Shown here one piece after another: positions 1-12,542 of a stretch of DNA of 64,000 bases (position 1 is the first letter of the stretch; each line of letters begins with the position of its first letter). The notes under the pieces are model-generated. The model worked only from the letters and a program-made list of their open reading frames with translations, ran no database searches and was not told the origin of the DNA. A program made the position numbers and the translations under genes. The DNA is taken from the NCBI RefSeq assembly GCF_006345805.1, contig NC_043021.1, positions 20,584,001-20,648,000 of the forward strand, given 5' to 3'. The DNA comes from Octopus sinensis. Lineage: Eukaryota.

Positions 1-130
1 TGCTGGATGCTTTTAATCTAAGGCATTGTAAAACGGTGTTTGTATCACAGAGTCAGGGGTGATCTCAGTTATGTTGATAACATGATGGTCAAAGCATTAA
101 AATAATTCTGAAAAATTTGTTTGTCCGTCC

Positions 131-395
131 ATAGGCGCAGGAGTGGCTGTGTGGTAAGTAGCTTGTTTACCAACCACATGGTTCCGGGTTCAGTCCCACT
201 GCGTGGCACATTGAGTCAGTGTCAGATGCTGGTGTGTTTATGTCCCCGTCACTTAGCGGTTCGGCAAAAGAGACCAATAGAATAAGTACTGGGCTTACAA
301 AGAATAAGTCCAGGGGTCGAGTTGCTCGACTAAAGGCGGTGCTCCAGCATGGCCGCAGTCAAATGACTGAAACAAGTAAAAGAGAAAGAGAGAAG
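131..395 (+). mobile_element. tRNA-derived SINE, family A (octopus OR/CORE-type), internally deleted copy
   Basis: Head ATAGGCGCAGGAGTGGCTGTGTGGTAAG...GGGTTCAGTCCC (Pol III A/B-box-like) joined directly to the family 3' part ending GACTGAAACAAGTAAAAGAG. The same sequence recurs more than 15 times in the window. Confidence 0.85.
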
Positions 396-526
396 GTTTA
401 TAAGTAAGATCACTGAAAAGTGGTCAGTTTGTATCATAGAACTAAGAGCAGTTTCAAGCAGGTTGGTACCAAAAGGGCTAAGCTTGGTCTTTTTTTTTTT
501 CATGAAGTTAAATTTCATAAGGGATA

Positions 527-722
527 TTTTCTTTTACTTGTTTCAGTCATTTGACTGTGGCCATGCTGGAGCACCGCCTTTAGTCGAGCAAATTGACCCC
601 GTGACTTATTCTTTGTAAGCCCAATACTTATTCTATCGGTCTCTTTTTGCCGAACCGCTAAGTTACGGGGACATAAACACACCAGCATCGGTTCTCAAGC
701 AATGCTAGGGGGACAAACACAA

Positions 723-753
<31 letters not shown>

Positions 754-865
754 CATATATACAACAGGCTTCTTTCAGTTTCCGTCTACCAAATCCACTC
801 ACAAGGCATTGGTCGGCCCGGGGCTATAGCAGAAGACACTAGCCCAAGATGCCACGCAGTGGGAT
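527..865 (-). mobile_element. SINE family A, 5'-truncated
   Basis: Reverse complement of the family A body and tail, with an internal (CA)/(TA) microsatellite. Confidence 0.85.
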
Positions 866-1475
866 TAAGTAAATAATAAAACTATCTTTGAAAGGTTTGA
901 CAATGGCTATTACATAATCAGATACTACAAAAGTGGTTTCATCTCAACCAAAACTTTTTTAGACCAATTCTGTACAATTCTCCTCTTCAGAAAAAGTTAT
1001 TTTCCCATCTGCTACCTACAGCTACCAGCATTTCTCTGTTCTAGGTAATATGTCATGCACATATAATTCTTTGCATGTACAAGGTGGGGAGAATGGGGTA
1101 GGGATAGGGGGATAGTCAATTACATTGACCCTTCCCCATCAGTGCTAAACTGGAACTTATTTTATTGACCCCCACCACCACTGCCACCAAAGGTTGAAAG
1201 TCAAAGTCAACCTCAGTGGTATTTGATCTCAGGAATCTAAGACCAGAAGAAATGCCGTAAGCATTTCATCCAACATTCTGATGATTCTGCCAGCTTGCCG
1301 CTTTGCCATGCATGTGTAATACAATTATGAATGAATAATAGAATTAAAGACAAAAATTACTTAACATTGCTTTTGCATACATTTAACCTTCTTTTGCCCT
1401 TTTCAAATCTAGCCAGGCTCATGGGCCCGGTTTCCCGGTTTCTGTGGCATATGTGTTCCCCCCAGCCCAGCTGAC

Positions 1476-1835
1476 ACCTTGGGCAAATGTCTTCTACTAT
1501 AGCCTCGGGCCGACCAAAGCCTTGTGAGTGGATTTGGTAGATGGAAACCGAAAGACCTGTCATATATATGTATATACATACATACATACGTACGTATGTA
1601 TGTATGTATATGTATATAGATATATATATATGTATATGTATGTGTGTGTGTGTGTATGTTTGTATGTCTGTGCTTGTCCCCCCAACATTGCTTGAGAACC
1701 AATGTCGGTATGTTTACGTCCCCGTAACTTAGCTGTTCGGCAAAAGAGACCGATAGAATAAGTACTAGGCTTCCAAAGAATAAGTCCTGGGGGGGTCGAT
1801 TTGCTCGACTAAAGGCAGTAAAAAAGTAAAAGAGT
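1476..1835 (+). mobile_element. SINE family A, 5'-truncated
   Basis: ACCTTGGGCAA...GTGGATTTGGTAGA core, then microsatellite, then family tail. Confidence 0.8.
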
Positions 1836-1982
1836 ATTATTTAATTTGCATTTGGCCAGAGATGCAGAGACGAGAGTTGGAATTCTTGTTTTGGATTTAT
1901 ATTCTTTAAATCATTATAGTGATTTTTAGTTTCAATGAAAAGCAAGAAGCCAAGAAAAACAGTCCTTTATTTTTACCATAAA

Positions 1983-2380
1983 CTAGCAGTATCGCCCGGC
2001 GTTGCTCGGGTTTGTAAGGGAAATAACTAGATAAGCATTTTTAGAGAGTTATAGACAAAAAATAGTAAAAAAATGCATTAAAAATGGGAAAAAAATTATG
2101 GTAAATTTTTTTTTAAATCGTTGACTCATCGTAGACATTTTTAGAGAGTTACTTTCCTTATATAATAGCGAAAAAATGCATTAAAATGGAAAAAAATTCT
2201 GGTAAATTTTTTTTTAAATCGTAGACTCATCGTAGACGCGCGGTAATACCCAGAAGGGCTCGATATGAATCACGACTATAAGATACCCGCTTTTGGTTAA
2301 ACTGCACCGCAAAATGTGGGAGTAGTTAGGAATCTAAATCGTAGGAGACAGACACACAACCTTACTTTTATATATAAAGA
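1983..2380 (-). mobile_element. Non-autonomous Helitron
   Basis: On the minus strand it starts TC(TTTATATATAAAAG) after an A and ends CTAG before a T. Subterminal GC hairpin CCCGAGCAACGCCGGG, no TSD, and an internal ~100-nt tandem duplication (about 2036-2135 and 2136-2236). Confidence 0.8.
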
Positions 2381-2544
2381 TATATCAGCCACTCTAATCC
2401 AACAAAATTATAAGGCTTCCACATAATGACAGTACAATTTTTCGAGTGGCAATATTACACATGTGGAGAATATGCTATTTTATTCTAGTTCTTAAGAAGG
2501 CATTAAAATAATTATTAATTATCATTACTCTCTTTTTTTTTCTT

Positions 2545-2943
2545 TCTCTTTTTTACTTGTTCCAGTCATTTGACTGCGGCCATGCTGGAGCACCACCTTT
2601 AATCGAGCAACTCGACCCCGGGACTTATTCTTTTGTAAGCCCAGTACTTATTCTATCAGTCTCTTTTGCCGAACCGCTAAGTAACGGGGACATAAACACA
2701 CCAGCATCAGTTGTCAAGCAATGCTAGGGGGACAAACACAGACCCACAAACACACACACGCATACATATATATACATATATACGATGGGCTTCTTTCAGT
2801 TTCCATCTACCAAATCCACTCACAAGGCTTTGGTCCGCCCGGGGCTATAGCAGAAGACACTTGCCCAAGGTGCCACGCAGTGGGACTGAACCCAGAACCA
2901 TGTGGCTGGTAAACAAGCTACTTACCACACAGCCACTCCTGCG
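2545..2943 (-). mobile_element. SINE family A, full length
   Basis: Complete reverse-complement copy from tail to tRNA-like head. Confidence 0.85.
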
Positions 2944-3337
2944 AATTTATTTTAGTAATGTTTTGAATGGTAATCATTAGATCCTACTTAAGAGTGCCAT
3001 GGTACTGCAGCACAGACCCTGAGAAAGCTTTTCATATGGAGGTACAGGCATAGCTGGGTAGTATGAAGTTTGCTTTCCAACCACATGATTCTGGGTTCAG
3101 TCCTACTATGTGGCTCATTGGGCAACTGTCTTCTGGGCTAACCAATGCCTTTTGAATGGATTTGCTACCTGGAAACTGAGAGAAGCCTGTTGAAGCTTGC
3201 TTCTTAACCACATGATTCCAGTTTCAGTCCGACTGTGTGGAACCTTGGGTAGGTGTCTTCTACTATAGCCTCAGGCCGATCGAAGACTTTTGAGTTGATT
3301 TGATAGACAGAAACTGAAAGAAGCCTGACGTGTATAC

Positions 3338-3383
<46 letters not shown>

Positions 3384-3773
3384 GCGTGTGTACCGTTGGC
3401 GATTTTTTTCCCTCTGTCTTCCCTTCTCTGGATCTTTCCTTCTCCTATGTTTCCAACGAAGAGCTCCGCTCGAAACGTTAAACCCTCCTTCTTTCCTGAG
3501 CGTCCAATAATACTATATTTGTTCCACGTCCTTGCATTGTGTTTTTTTGTGCTTTCTTGTTTGGATTCACCAGCACCGGTTGTCAAGCGATGATGGGGTG
3601 GGAGTGGGGGTACACACACACACACCCACACAAGACGGACTTTCAATTTCCGCCTACCAAATCCACACATGATGCTTTGGTTGGCCCGAGGCTATGGTAG
3701 GTGCAGCCTCCAAGCTTCCCAGACCCAAGTCGAACAGTCCAACCCATGCCAGCATGGACAACGGACGTTAAAC

Positions 3774-3806
<33 letters not shown>

Positions 3807-4746
3807 ATATATATATATATGTATATTCTTGTAATTGTCATTTTAGTAAATAAATAAATAATATAATGTCTAAACGTTGATGAACCACCTATTGATCCCC
3901 TCCATTTTCTTATTGCTCTAAGGATTCAGATAGAATCAGGTATATGAAAAGATATGCACCAGGTAGGGTTGGATAAACCTGTGGTTCCGGCCTATGGTTG
4001 GTAAGTATCAAATAGGACATTCCGGTTGTGTACTCGGAGAAAACCAGCCCTGTGAGTATTTAGCGCCTAGGGACTGGTCCAAAACATTCTCCCATTTCAT
4101 AGTTGGCCTCAACAGACTTCAGCCACGTCCCTGCTGTATTCTTGGGATATCCTTTTGTTTGTAAAATTACGTTCCATTTGATGATTACGGTCCTTTGTCA
4201 TGGAGCAATATTCTCATATTTGTATTAAATGGATGTATAAGAAATGTCTGCAATGACAATTATCCATTGTCTGTTGTTATTCATTTGATACATGTCTGTG
4301 TGTCTTTGTGTCTGCGCTTGTCCCTCTTCACTACTCGACAATTGGTGTTGGTGTATTTACATCCCTGTAATGTAGCATTTCAGCAAAAGAGATCGATAAA
4401 ACAAGTACCAGGCTGAAAACATAGGCACTAGGGTTGATCTGTTTGACAAAGCCCTCAAAGATGGGGTCCCAGCCTGACTGCAATCCGTTGACTGATACAA
4501 GTAAAAGATAGAAGATATACAGGCAGAAGTGTGCCTTCCACAACTTTGCTTGTTTCATCAATTCGTTGCTGTAGGAACAGGCATAGCTGTAGTAAGAAAC
4601 TTGCTTCCCAACCACATGGCTCTGGGTTCAGTCCCGCTGCGTGGGACCTTGAGTAGGTGTCTTCTACTAAAGCCTCAGGCCGACCAAAGTCTTATGTGTG
4701 GATTTGATTGACAGAATCTTAAAGAAGCCTATTGTATATATGTGTG

Positions 4747-4782
<36 letters not shown>

Positions 4783-4824
4783 CCAAACATATAAAGAATG
4801 GCCATAATAAGACATCCGACTCAC

Positions 4825-4866
4825 TAGAAAGAGCAGTTAAACTCCAAACCACTAATAGTTGTAATT
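4825..4866 (-). other. Candidate 42-nt exon of an unidentified minus-strand transcript
   Basis: Minus-strand acceptor TTTTTATTTCTCTTTCCATTTCAG and donor GTGAGT flank 42 nt that are open in two frames (LQLLVVWSLTALS or ITTISGLEFNCSF). No downstream exon could be identified. Confidence 0.3.
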
Positions 4867-4974
4867 CTGAAATGGAAAGAGAAATAAAAACGTTTACCCT
4901 CTCCTTTCTGGACTATACATAGTTTCGGCAATCTTATGTAAATAAATTAAATATATATATATATAAAGGTTAGT

Positions 4975-6280
4975 AGAGTTAGTAGCCTTTCCTACGACAG
5001 AAAGCAATGATATTCCCCTATAGTTACCATAATCATTCCTGTTGCCCTTTCCTTTTCCCATTACTGTATCACTCCAGTCCTCAGGTACAGATTCACTGGC
5101 CCTTATCCTGCCAAACAAGGAGTGAAGTTGCTACAGAAGTTTCTCACCACCATGTTGTAACAACTCTGCATGTATGCCATCCATGATCGGAGACTTCCCA
5201 TTATTCATCCTTGAGACAGCCACCGCAACTTCTTCCAACTTTGGTGGTTCTGCAAGAGCCGCCTTCACAGGTAATCCAGGGATGAGATTGAAAACATCCT
5301 CACTAACTACACACTGCTGACTCAAATGTTCATCAAAGTGTTCTTGCCACCATCACAGACTTCCTTGTGAATCACGAAGAAGTTCTTTACCATCCCTGCT
5401 TCAAAGTGGTGTCACCAGAGAAGAAGTCGGTCCATAAACTTCTCACAAGAGACCATACAACAGCTTTGTGTTAATGGAATCTGACACCGCCTGTATCTCA
5501 TCATCCTTCTTACTCCACCTCACACGTGATTTCACATCCTTGAGTTCCCTATGCAACACTTCTCTCTCCTGTGGCTTTGCTGACAAATAAATCATCTATA
5601 TGGTCATCATTTTCTTTGAACCAGTCTTGATGCTTTCTTTGTATCAATTCCAGAACCTTTTTGCCTATATCATAAACTGACATTTTTAAGAGTCGGCCAA
5701 TCCTGTATCCACAACATTCATTTCCTCTATTACACCTAAGACAATCAACATTCAATCTTTTAGGCAGGGTAATACCTGCAGCCCGGATTTTACGTTTTGT
5801 GATTAATTTTACTTTTGTGCGTACTAGGCGGTGGCCAGTCCAACACTCAGCCCCATGAAGAACACGAACACACTGTACATCTGGTCTGTCATGCACCCTA
5901 ACAAGAATGTAATCTAGAATATGCCATTCTTTAGATGCAGGGTGCATCCATGTAGTCTTAAACTTATTCTTTTGTTGAAACATGGTATTGGTCACACACA
6001 GACTCAGCTCCTCGCACGTCTGCTGCAGAAGCATGCCATTACTATTACACTTTCCCACCCCATGCTTTCCAATTACAGTCCATGTGTTAAAATCACTCCC
6101 CACACTAGCATTAAAGTCACCCAGTACGATGACTATGTCTGCCCGAGGGATATTTCTTATAACACCCTTCAAAGCATGGTAGAAAGAAATTTTTTTCGTC
6201 AGTAGAGCACATAGTTGGAGCATACACACTCACCAAGGCCACATAATTTCCTTTAATCAAAGGAATTCTCATGGACATAA
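4975..6280 (-). mobile_element. RTE-clade LINE fragment (APE endonuclease to start of RT), decayed
   Basis: Frameshifted ORFs contain YAPT, VLGDFNA, TWMHP..WH.LDY (APE), then GKSP.MDGI.AE, P.DW.D and NYRGISLLSVVGK (RT N-terminus). Confidence 0.9.
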
Positions 6281-6679
6281 GACGCACACACAAACACATA
6301 CACTGTAATAAAATGCTGAAAATACGTCAAAGAAAATAATTCACACAAAAAAATGTCACAAGGAAAGCGGACAAAAAGGCCAGAGGAAAACTTCGAAAAA
6401 GTTCAGATTGTGGGAGTATGTCTGTGTGTACATGTGTGTGTGCATGTATGTGTGTGCTTCTTTATTTCTTTACTCCATTTCAGAGATGGAATAAAACGCT
6501 ATTTTTTTCTCGTCACATGAGCATTACCACGATATAAATTGTATTGTCACTTTGTTAGCTTTTAATGAAGCGACTTCTAATATAATTTGTCGAATTTCTC
6601 TGTTATCACGTGGCTTTCGTTTTATTACATAGTTTTTTTTTTAATGAATGCTGTATGAGATGGTGGTAGAGGAAGAAGA

Positions 6680-6850
6680 AATAAGCGGCGGCGGCGGCGG
6701 CGGAGGCAGTGGGGTTTCTGTGATGGAGAAAGTTTGGCTGTTAGAATTTTCGCTTTCTTTCTCTACCACGTCATTCACAGCTGAAACATTCTTGAACACG
6801 TGGCCACGACCACGTTGTCGAAACAAAATTCCGGTAACTTCCGGTTGCCT
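6680..6850. promoter_or_regulatory. CpG-rich promoter-like patch, probably driving a minus-strand transcript
   Basis: CCACGTCA (UPRE TGACGTGG on minus) at 6766-6773, clustered CACG boxes at 6797-6816, two ETS-like TTCCGG at 6829-6844, and a (GGC)n run at about 6686-6703 typical of 5'UTRs. Confidence 0.45.
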
Positions 6851-7983
6851 CAATATTTCTTTTCTTTTTTTGTATAGTTTTATTTCATTTTAGTTTAATT
6901 TTTTTCTTCTTACTCTGTCTTGAGCACTGATTTCGTCAGACAAGAACTAAATAACTTCTTACTAAAAATAGACATATTCCTCGCTACACCGATTCCTGTT
7001 GTTTTTTTTCCTTCTCTCACCCACGAAATTACCACATTGGTTTTAAGGCTCATAATGGCTATTTATTAAACTTGGTGATTTGTTTTAATGCATCGCCTGT
7101 TTGGACACAACCTTGGTTACTGCTTCTTTAGGCAATGGCTGCTTAAACTTGTCGAAAATAGATATCACTTTCCTTTCTCGTCTCGCATTCTCGTGAATAT
7201 GATAACCATTTCGTAACTGGTTCAGATAAGACGGTCTCGGCATGGTTACTCGATGTGTTAAAAATAACAGCAAAATCACACTCTACTGCTTTTTATAAAG
7301 GGAAGGGTACATTGCATAATGGTACGTAATAAAAAAGAAAGAAGAAAAAAGATGGGTTAATCTCTACTGGAATCAGGACCTCTGGGAGAAATATCGGTTT
7401 CAAATTTTGGCACAAGCCTAGCAACTTCGAGTGGGGGCGAGGGGTTAAGTCGATTACATTGATCCCAATGCTCAACTGGTACTTATTTTATTTTCTGCTC
7501 AAAGAGTGGTAAAGTTAATCTCGGCGGAATTTGAACACAGAACGTAAAGATGAACGAAATGGCGCTGAACACTTTGCCTGGCGTGTGAACGATTCTGCCA
7601 GCTCGCCGCCTTATCCCCTAGAGAAATATTACGAGACGTAACAAGGCTGCCTTCGGGCCCTTTACCCCTTCTCAGAATTCGAAGCAGTCGTAAGCCCCGT
7701 TAAAATTAAGGAAATTAAACCCAATACCATCTTATTCTTTGAATTTAGTGTTGGTGGAATATACACTTGGATATACTCTTTCGACTGAGCACACTGGGCA
7801 GATGCTCGGGGACCTCACGGATATAAGGGACCATTTCTCATCTATGTATGTTGTGACTTTCTGTTAGTGGCTGTTGGCCCCACATGCTGTGACATCTCCC
7901 GCGGCAACCTGGTGTGTTCAGCTACCGGTGTAAGCTCTGCTGCTCGTCAATCCGAGAAGAGCAATCTGTCAAAGTATTGCTCT

Positions 7984-8033
<50 letters not shown>

Positions 8034-9403
8034 GACAGGTTTATTGTGAAGCCTGTGACAGTGGAGACTTCTGGCGTACTCGGCTCCCGGACCATTTCAC
8101 CGCCATCGAGGTGGAGATGGCTATTCGCAAGTGAGATTCCCGTGAATAAGAGTGGCCGTTCCAGTGCATATCCCTCGCTATCCTGGGATGGTCTAAATTG
8201 CAGGAAATCTAGAGAACGCAAGAATCTCTGATTGGTTTGTTGTCTGTTTAGTGAGTTCTCTGAGAAACAGGCTAAACATACTGTTATTATTAAAAAAGAA
8301 AAAAGCTTGCTGCTGCTGCTTATTTACAATGAAAGTGTCACGAGTAGTTATAATTAGACTTGGTGGCAATTTAAATATGTAGCGGGAGAAATTGATTAGC
8401 AAACAATAATATGAAATGTCGGAGTCAACAGTTGTAACGATAAAAATTTGTTGTTATAATTGCATGCTGTAGGATGTGAAAGATGAACAATGCATGAAGA
8501 TTTAAGAATGTATTTATTTACCGTTACGTTGAAAAATACCACACCTCGACGGGCAGGTTATAGCATCCGAGAGCATGCGAAAGAAAGATGTGGTAGAATT
8601 TTCCCTTTTTTGCATAGTTTGGCGTACACAAATTGTTAGTAGTAATCCACAGATAGCGATAGATGATGATGTAAGAGAACAGTCTTAGAGCTAGAGAGAA
8701 TTGTTGGGTGTTGTTGTCTCACAGTTGCTGACAATAAACTTCATTTCTCCCTCTGACCAAGGTTCTAACTGGTCAGACAGACTTCATTCTCATTGAGTCG
8801 TCACCATGTGAGTGGACTTGTTGAGTCGTCACCGACTGATTTTTGCTTGGGGTGTTCTTGCTTTTATAACTATCCAGAAGGATAGATATATCATTGAGAA
8901 CAATAGATTTAGCTTTTGGTGAAGTAGAAGAGGTTAGAAAGGGTCAAGTGGTGAAGACATTATTTCAGCCTAGCTAAAGGCATCTGGAAAATGTAAAACT
9001 GCTGTCAGAGAAAAACTATTGTTCCACCGTGGGAAAAGTTCTGTTGCAGTGTTAATTTAAATTTGGCTATGGTGGATCGAATCCACTTCATGCAGTCAAG
9101 ATTCACTACAGGATTGTTGAACGAACCACCCATGTTTCCAAGGGTGAATTATCCAAACCTCTAAGAATTCCTTTCAACACACAGCTATGATGCTCCCCCA
9201 CTACTTCTACTCATGATCAGAGATGCATATATCGTCAGCCACTGCGGGACATGGTCAACTGGTTAAGGTCAAACAACTGACAAGCAAATCTGTGGTATTG
9301 AGCAGAATATTTGCTGTGGCCAATCTTTTATACCAAGACAAAACAATGTACATGATTACACTTCCAATCAGTTAAGATCAGAAGTACTGCATCTATTATT
9401 ATT

Positions 9404-9620
9404 AGGCTGTGAGCTGGCAGAATCGTTAGTACGCCGGGCAAAATGCTTAGTGGCATTTCGTCCGTCCTTATGTTCTGAGTTCAAATTCCGCCGAAGTCGA
9501 CTTTGCCTTTCATCCTTTCGGGGTCGATGAAATAAGTACCAGTTACGCACTAGGGTCGATGTAATCGACTAGTCCCTTTCCCCAAATTTCAGGCCTTGTG
9601 CCTACAGTAGAAAGGATTAT
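9404..9620 (+). mobile_element. SINE family B (tRNA head plus Nin/Deu-like central domain)
   Basis: GAGCTGGCAGAATCGTTAG...GAGTTCAAATTCC...GACTTTGCCTTTCATCCTTTCGGGGTCGAT. Other copies near 1085-1305, 7385-7612, 14220-14392, 16802-17031, 22398-22612, 24030-24730, 39350-39770, 47107-47337, 52660-53310 and 57805-58020. Confidence 0.8.
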
Positions 9621-9651
9621 TATTATTGTTGTTATTATTATTATTATTATT

Positions 9652-9690
<39 letters not shown>

Positions 9691-10526
9691 AAGAGAGAGA
9701 GCGCAGTGGGTGGGGTGAAGAGAGAGAGAAACTGCCTCTACGACTGAATCGGAAGGCAAAGTTGACCTTGGCGGGATTTGAACCCAGAGTACAGACGACC
9801 GGAATGTCGCACTAACGTATAAATAGAATAAGCACACTTTTACTATTTATTTATGTTGACTCGTAGATTCTTTGTTTTTCCATTAATTTCCGTTTAAAGC
9901 GGAAACAAAATTAGTCGCTGAGTTCAGTTTTTATCGTCTTCCTCCGTCTTCTCTGAATATTAGGCGGCGATTTGCAAACAATATTCTCTTTATTTAGACC
10001 ACCAAAGGATGTCTTATGAATTAGGATTTCATGAGTACAAACCGAACAATTACTGGAAAGATCTGGAAATAAAACTATCGTGATGGTAGTGGCGGTGATA
10101 GCGGTGGTGCTAGATGGAGTGGTGGCTTTAAATGAAGGTTGTGGTGGTGGTGGTGGCTGTGAGAGTTGAGTGTGATAACAGTGACGGAAGGGTACAGTCG
10201 TTGTGATGGTGGTGGTGGTGGACTCTATGATGCGGGTAGCTGATGTGGTGATGAATGTGAGTGGTGGTTTTAATGAAGATGGCAGAAGGTGACGTGGATA
10301 ATTGTGATGGTGGTTGTTAGAACGCGTTGGTTGGTGTATCGCAAGCTGCATAGTTAAAGCGTGTATGAATGTGTGTGTGTGTGTGTGTGTGTGTGAGCAG
10401 TTAAATGTCGTATCACAGGATAAATGTGACGGAGAACGAACGATTATAGTTTATTTGTTACAGGTTTTAATGCGGTTCTTTTCTGTTCTTCGGTTGCCAA
10501 TTTTCAATCTCTTCAATTCCTGCTCG

Positions 10527-11292
10527 GGATCTTTACCTTTTGACCTACAGATTTAAAAAATAATTTTTTGTAACTAAACACTTTCAAACTTCGGACATTG
10601 GTAGAATGTGTCATATGAAACATCTTTTACTCTTAGCATTTTTGAGAAAAAAACCTATATTTACGAAGATATTTCACGTTAAAGTAGTCCTATTTCGGTA
10701 ATTTCAACCAATCAATGACGTGTATTCAGATGAATAAAATTACTGCCATTGTTTGTGAACAACAACTTCCGGCGGGGTATTTTTCATTTGTCACTGTTAT
10801 TTATGACAACTCTAACCCTAAAACTTTAACCCTAACCCTAAAACCTTAACCTAACCCTGAAACCCTAACCCTAAGACCTTAACCATAACACCCTAACCCT
10901 AAAACCCAAACCCTAAAATCCTAACCCTAAAACCTTAACCCTAACCCTGAAACCCTAACCCTAAGACCTTAACCATAACACCCTAACCCTAAAACCCAAA
11001 CCCTAAAACCCTAACCCTAAAACCTTAAAGCTAAAACCAGTACAAACGCACGAACGATGTCATAAATAACAGTGACAAATGAAAACTACGCCGCCGATAA
11101 TTGTTGTTGACAAACTGATTGATTGAAATTACCGAAATACGAGAATTTTAAGGTGAAATATCTTCGTAAATATAAGTTTTTTCTCAAAAATGCTAAGAGT
11201 AAAACATGTTTTATATGACACATTCTACCAGTGTCCGTAGTTTGAAAGTGCTTAGTTACAAAAAATAATTTTTTAAATCTGTAGGTCAAAAG
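10527..11292. mobile_element. Foldback/MITE element with long inverted arms around a telomere-like core
   Basis: The left arm (10527-10808, begins GGATCTTT) is the reverse complement of the right arm (11058-11292), apart from an indel. Confidence 0.8.
10811..11036 (+). repeat. Degenerate (CCCTAA)n telomere-like array with a 90-nt higher-order repeat
   Basis: CCCTAA, CCCTAAAA and CCTTAA units. The block starting at 10851 recurs at 10941. Confidence 0.9.
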
Positions 11293-11929
11293 TTCGAATT
11301 GATTTCATATTCGGTGTAATGATATGGTTTTATATGCTAATCTCTGCTTTGAAATTCATTTTCACAATAAATCGGTAAATAAATGCTTAATCTGTAGAAG
11401 CGGTTGTGGCTGTAGAGAAATGTGCACAAGCGACGTATCACTGTCTTAATTCATGAAGAGCCCTGCCTAAATAATGATATGTTTTCTCTTCTTCCCAGCA
11501 AAGAAATATTTAAACAGGCTTGTTAATCCGCCTCATGGTCCCAGAGAACAAAATGGAAGGGGCGTTGTCCCGGAGCATGGCGTAGTAGATGCGCAGGAAC
11601 AGCCACTCTGACTCACGGAATTGACACTTACGGATAGCTATCTCCGCCCCGATAGCGGTGAGCAGAGGTGTACTCCGTGGCCAAAGCCGCTATAATCTCG
11701 TAAAACGTCACCAAATTATACTAGATGCTTTAAACCAGCGGTCCCCAAAACTTTTTTGCACCACGGACCAGTTTCATGCAAGACAATTTCCCCCGCAAAC
11801 TAGGGACTCGTGAGCATAACGAAACACAATAATGTGCATAATATAAGAATTGATTATTACATTAAGGGTGCTGAAAAGTTCCTGGCTTAGGGTAAAAGAA
11901 AATACACACGGGAGGATCAGTTAATTATT

Positions 11930-12246
11930 TTCTCTTGGCTTTATAGAGAAAATTCTATAGTTTGTAAGATATTTGTTTTTTTCTCTTCAATTTCTGCAAT
12001 TTCAACCAATCAATTACGTCTATTGGGGTAAAAAAAACATTCTGTGCCGTATGAATATGTCCCTCGTTTAAGAAACAGATTGGTTTATTCACATTTGTGA
12101 AGAAAAAAAGATACCCTTCCCCCACCCCTACCCTAACCCTAAAACAGATTGAAATGCAATAGATCGATACTAGGGTCATAATTATGGGTGACAATTTCAT
12201 ATGACACCGCTAGAAAAAAAACTGCCGTTCAAACCGAAAAGATCCC
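11930..12246 (-). mobile_element. Partial GGATC-ended foldback element
   Basis: Reverse complement of about 15101-15400. Ends CCGTTCAAACCGAAAAGATCC and contains CCCTAACCCTAA. Confidence 0.75.
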
Positions 12247-12341
12247 GATTTAGTCTTCGTTATACTTATATAAACAGTTTGTTTTTCCTTACACGGGAAA
12301 TTAATTAATCATCAGCTCTAGGAGCCCACTAATCTCTATAA

Positions 12342-12542
12342 CAGTGCTTTTCAAACTTTTTACTGGAGCGGAACCCCAAGGAAACATTCCACTGGCTCGA
12401 GGAACCCCTGTGCAATAATTTAATAGTTTTATGCACACATATCTGCACAGGAGAATTAAAAATTACTGCTGAGTTTAGCAGTTTTGTAACTTCTTGCGGA
12501 ACCCCTGGACTGTACTGGCGGAACCCTGGTTGAAAACCACTG
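12342..12542. mobile_element. hAT-type MITE
   Basis: Termini CAGTGCTTTTCAA...TTGAAAACCACTG with a perfect 8-bp TSD CTCTATAA (12334-12341 and 12543-12550). Confidence 0.9.

Noticed and set aside
131-210. tRNA genes at SINE heads
   Set aside because: A/B boxes are present but continue into SINE bodies, and no complete cloverleaf is evident.
219-407. Recurrent ORF MTTDAGVF...KAVLQHGRSQMTETSKR as a gene family
   Set aside because: It is the translation of the family A SINE tail.
10811-11036. True telomere or chromosome-fusion scar
   Set aside because: Short, degenerate, single orientation and enclosed by transposon-like inverted arms.
11499-11660. Exon-like segment with in-frame TGA suggesting selenocysteine
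   Set aside because: No selenoprotein motif, no SECIS seen and no partner exons; more likely decay or chance.
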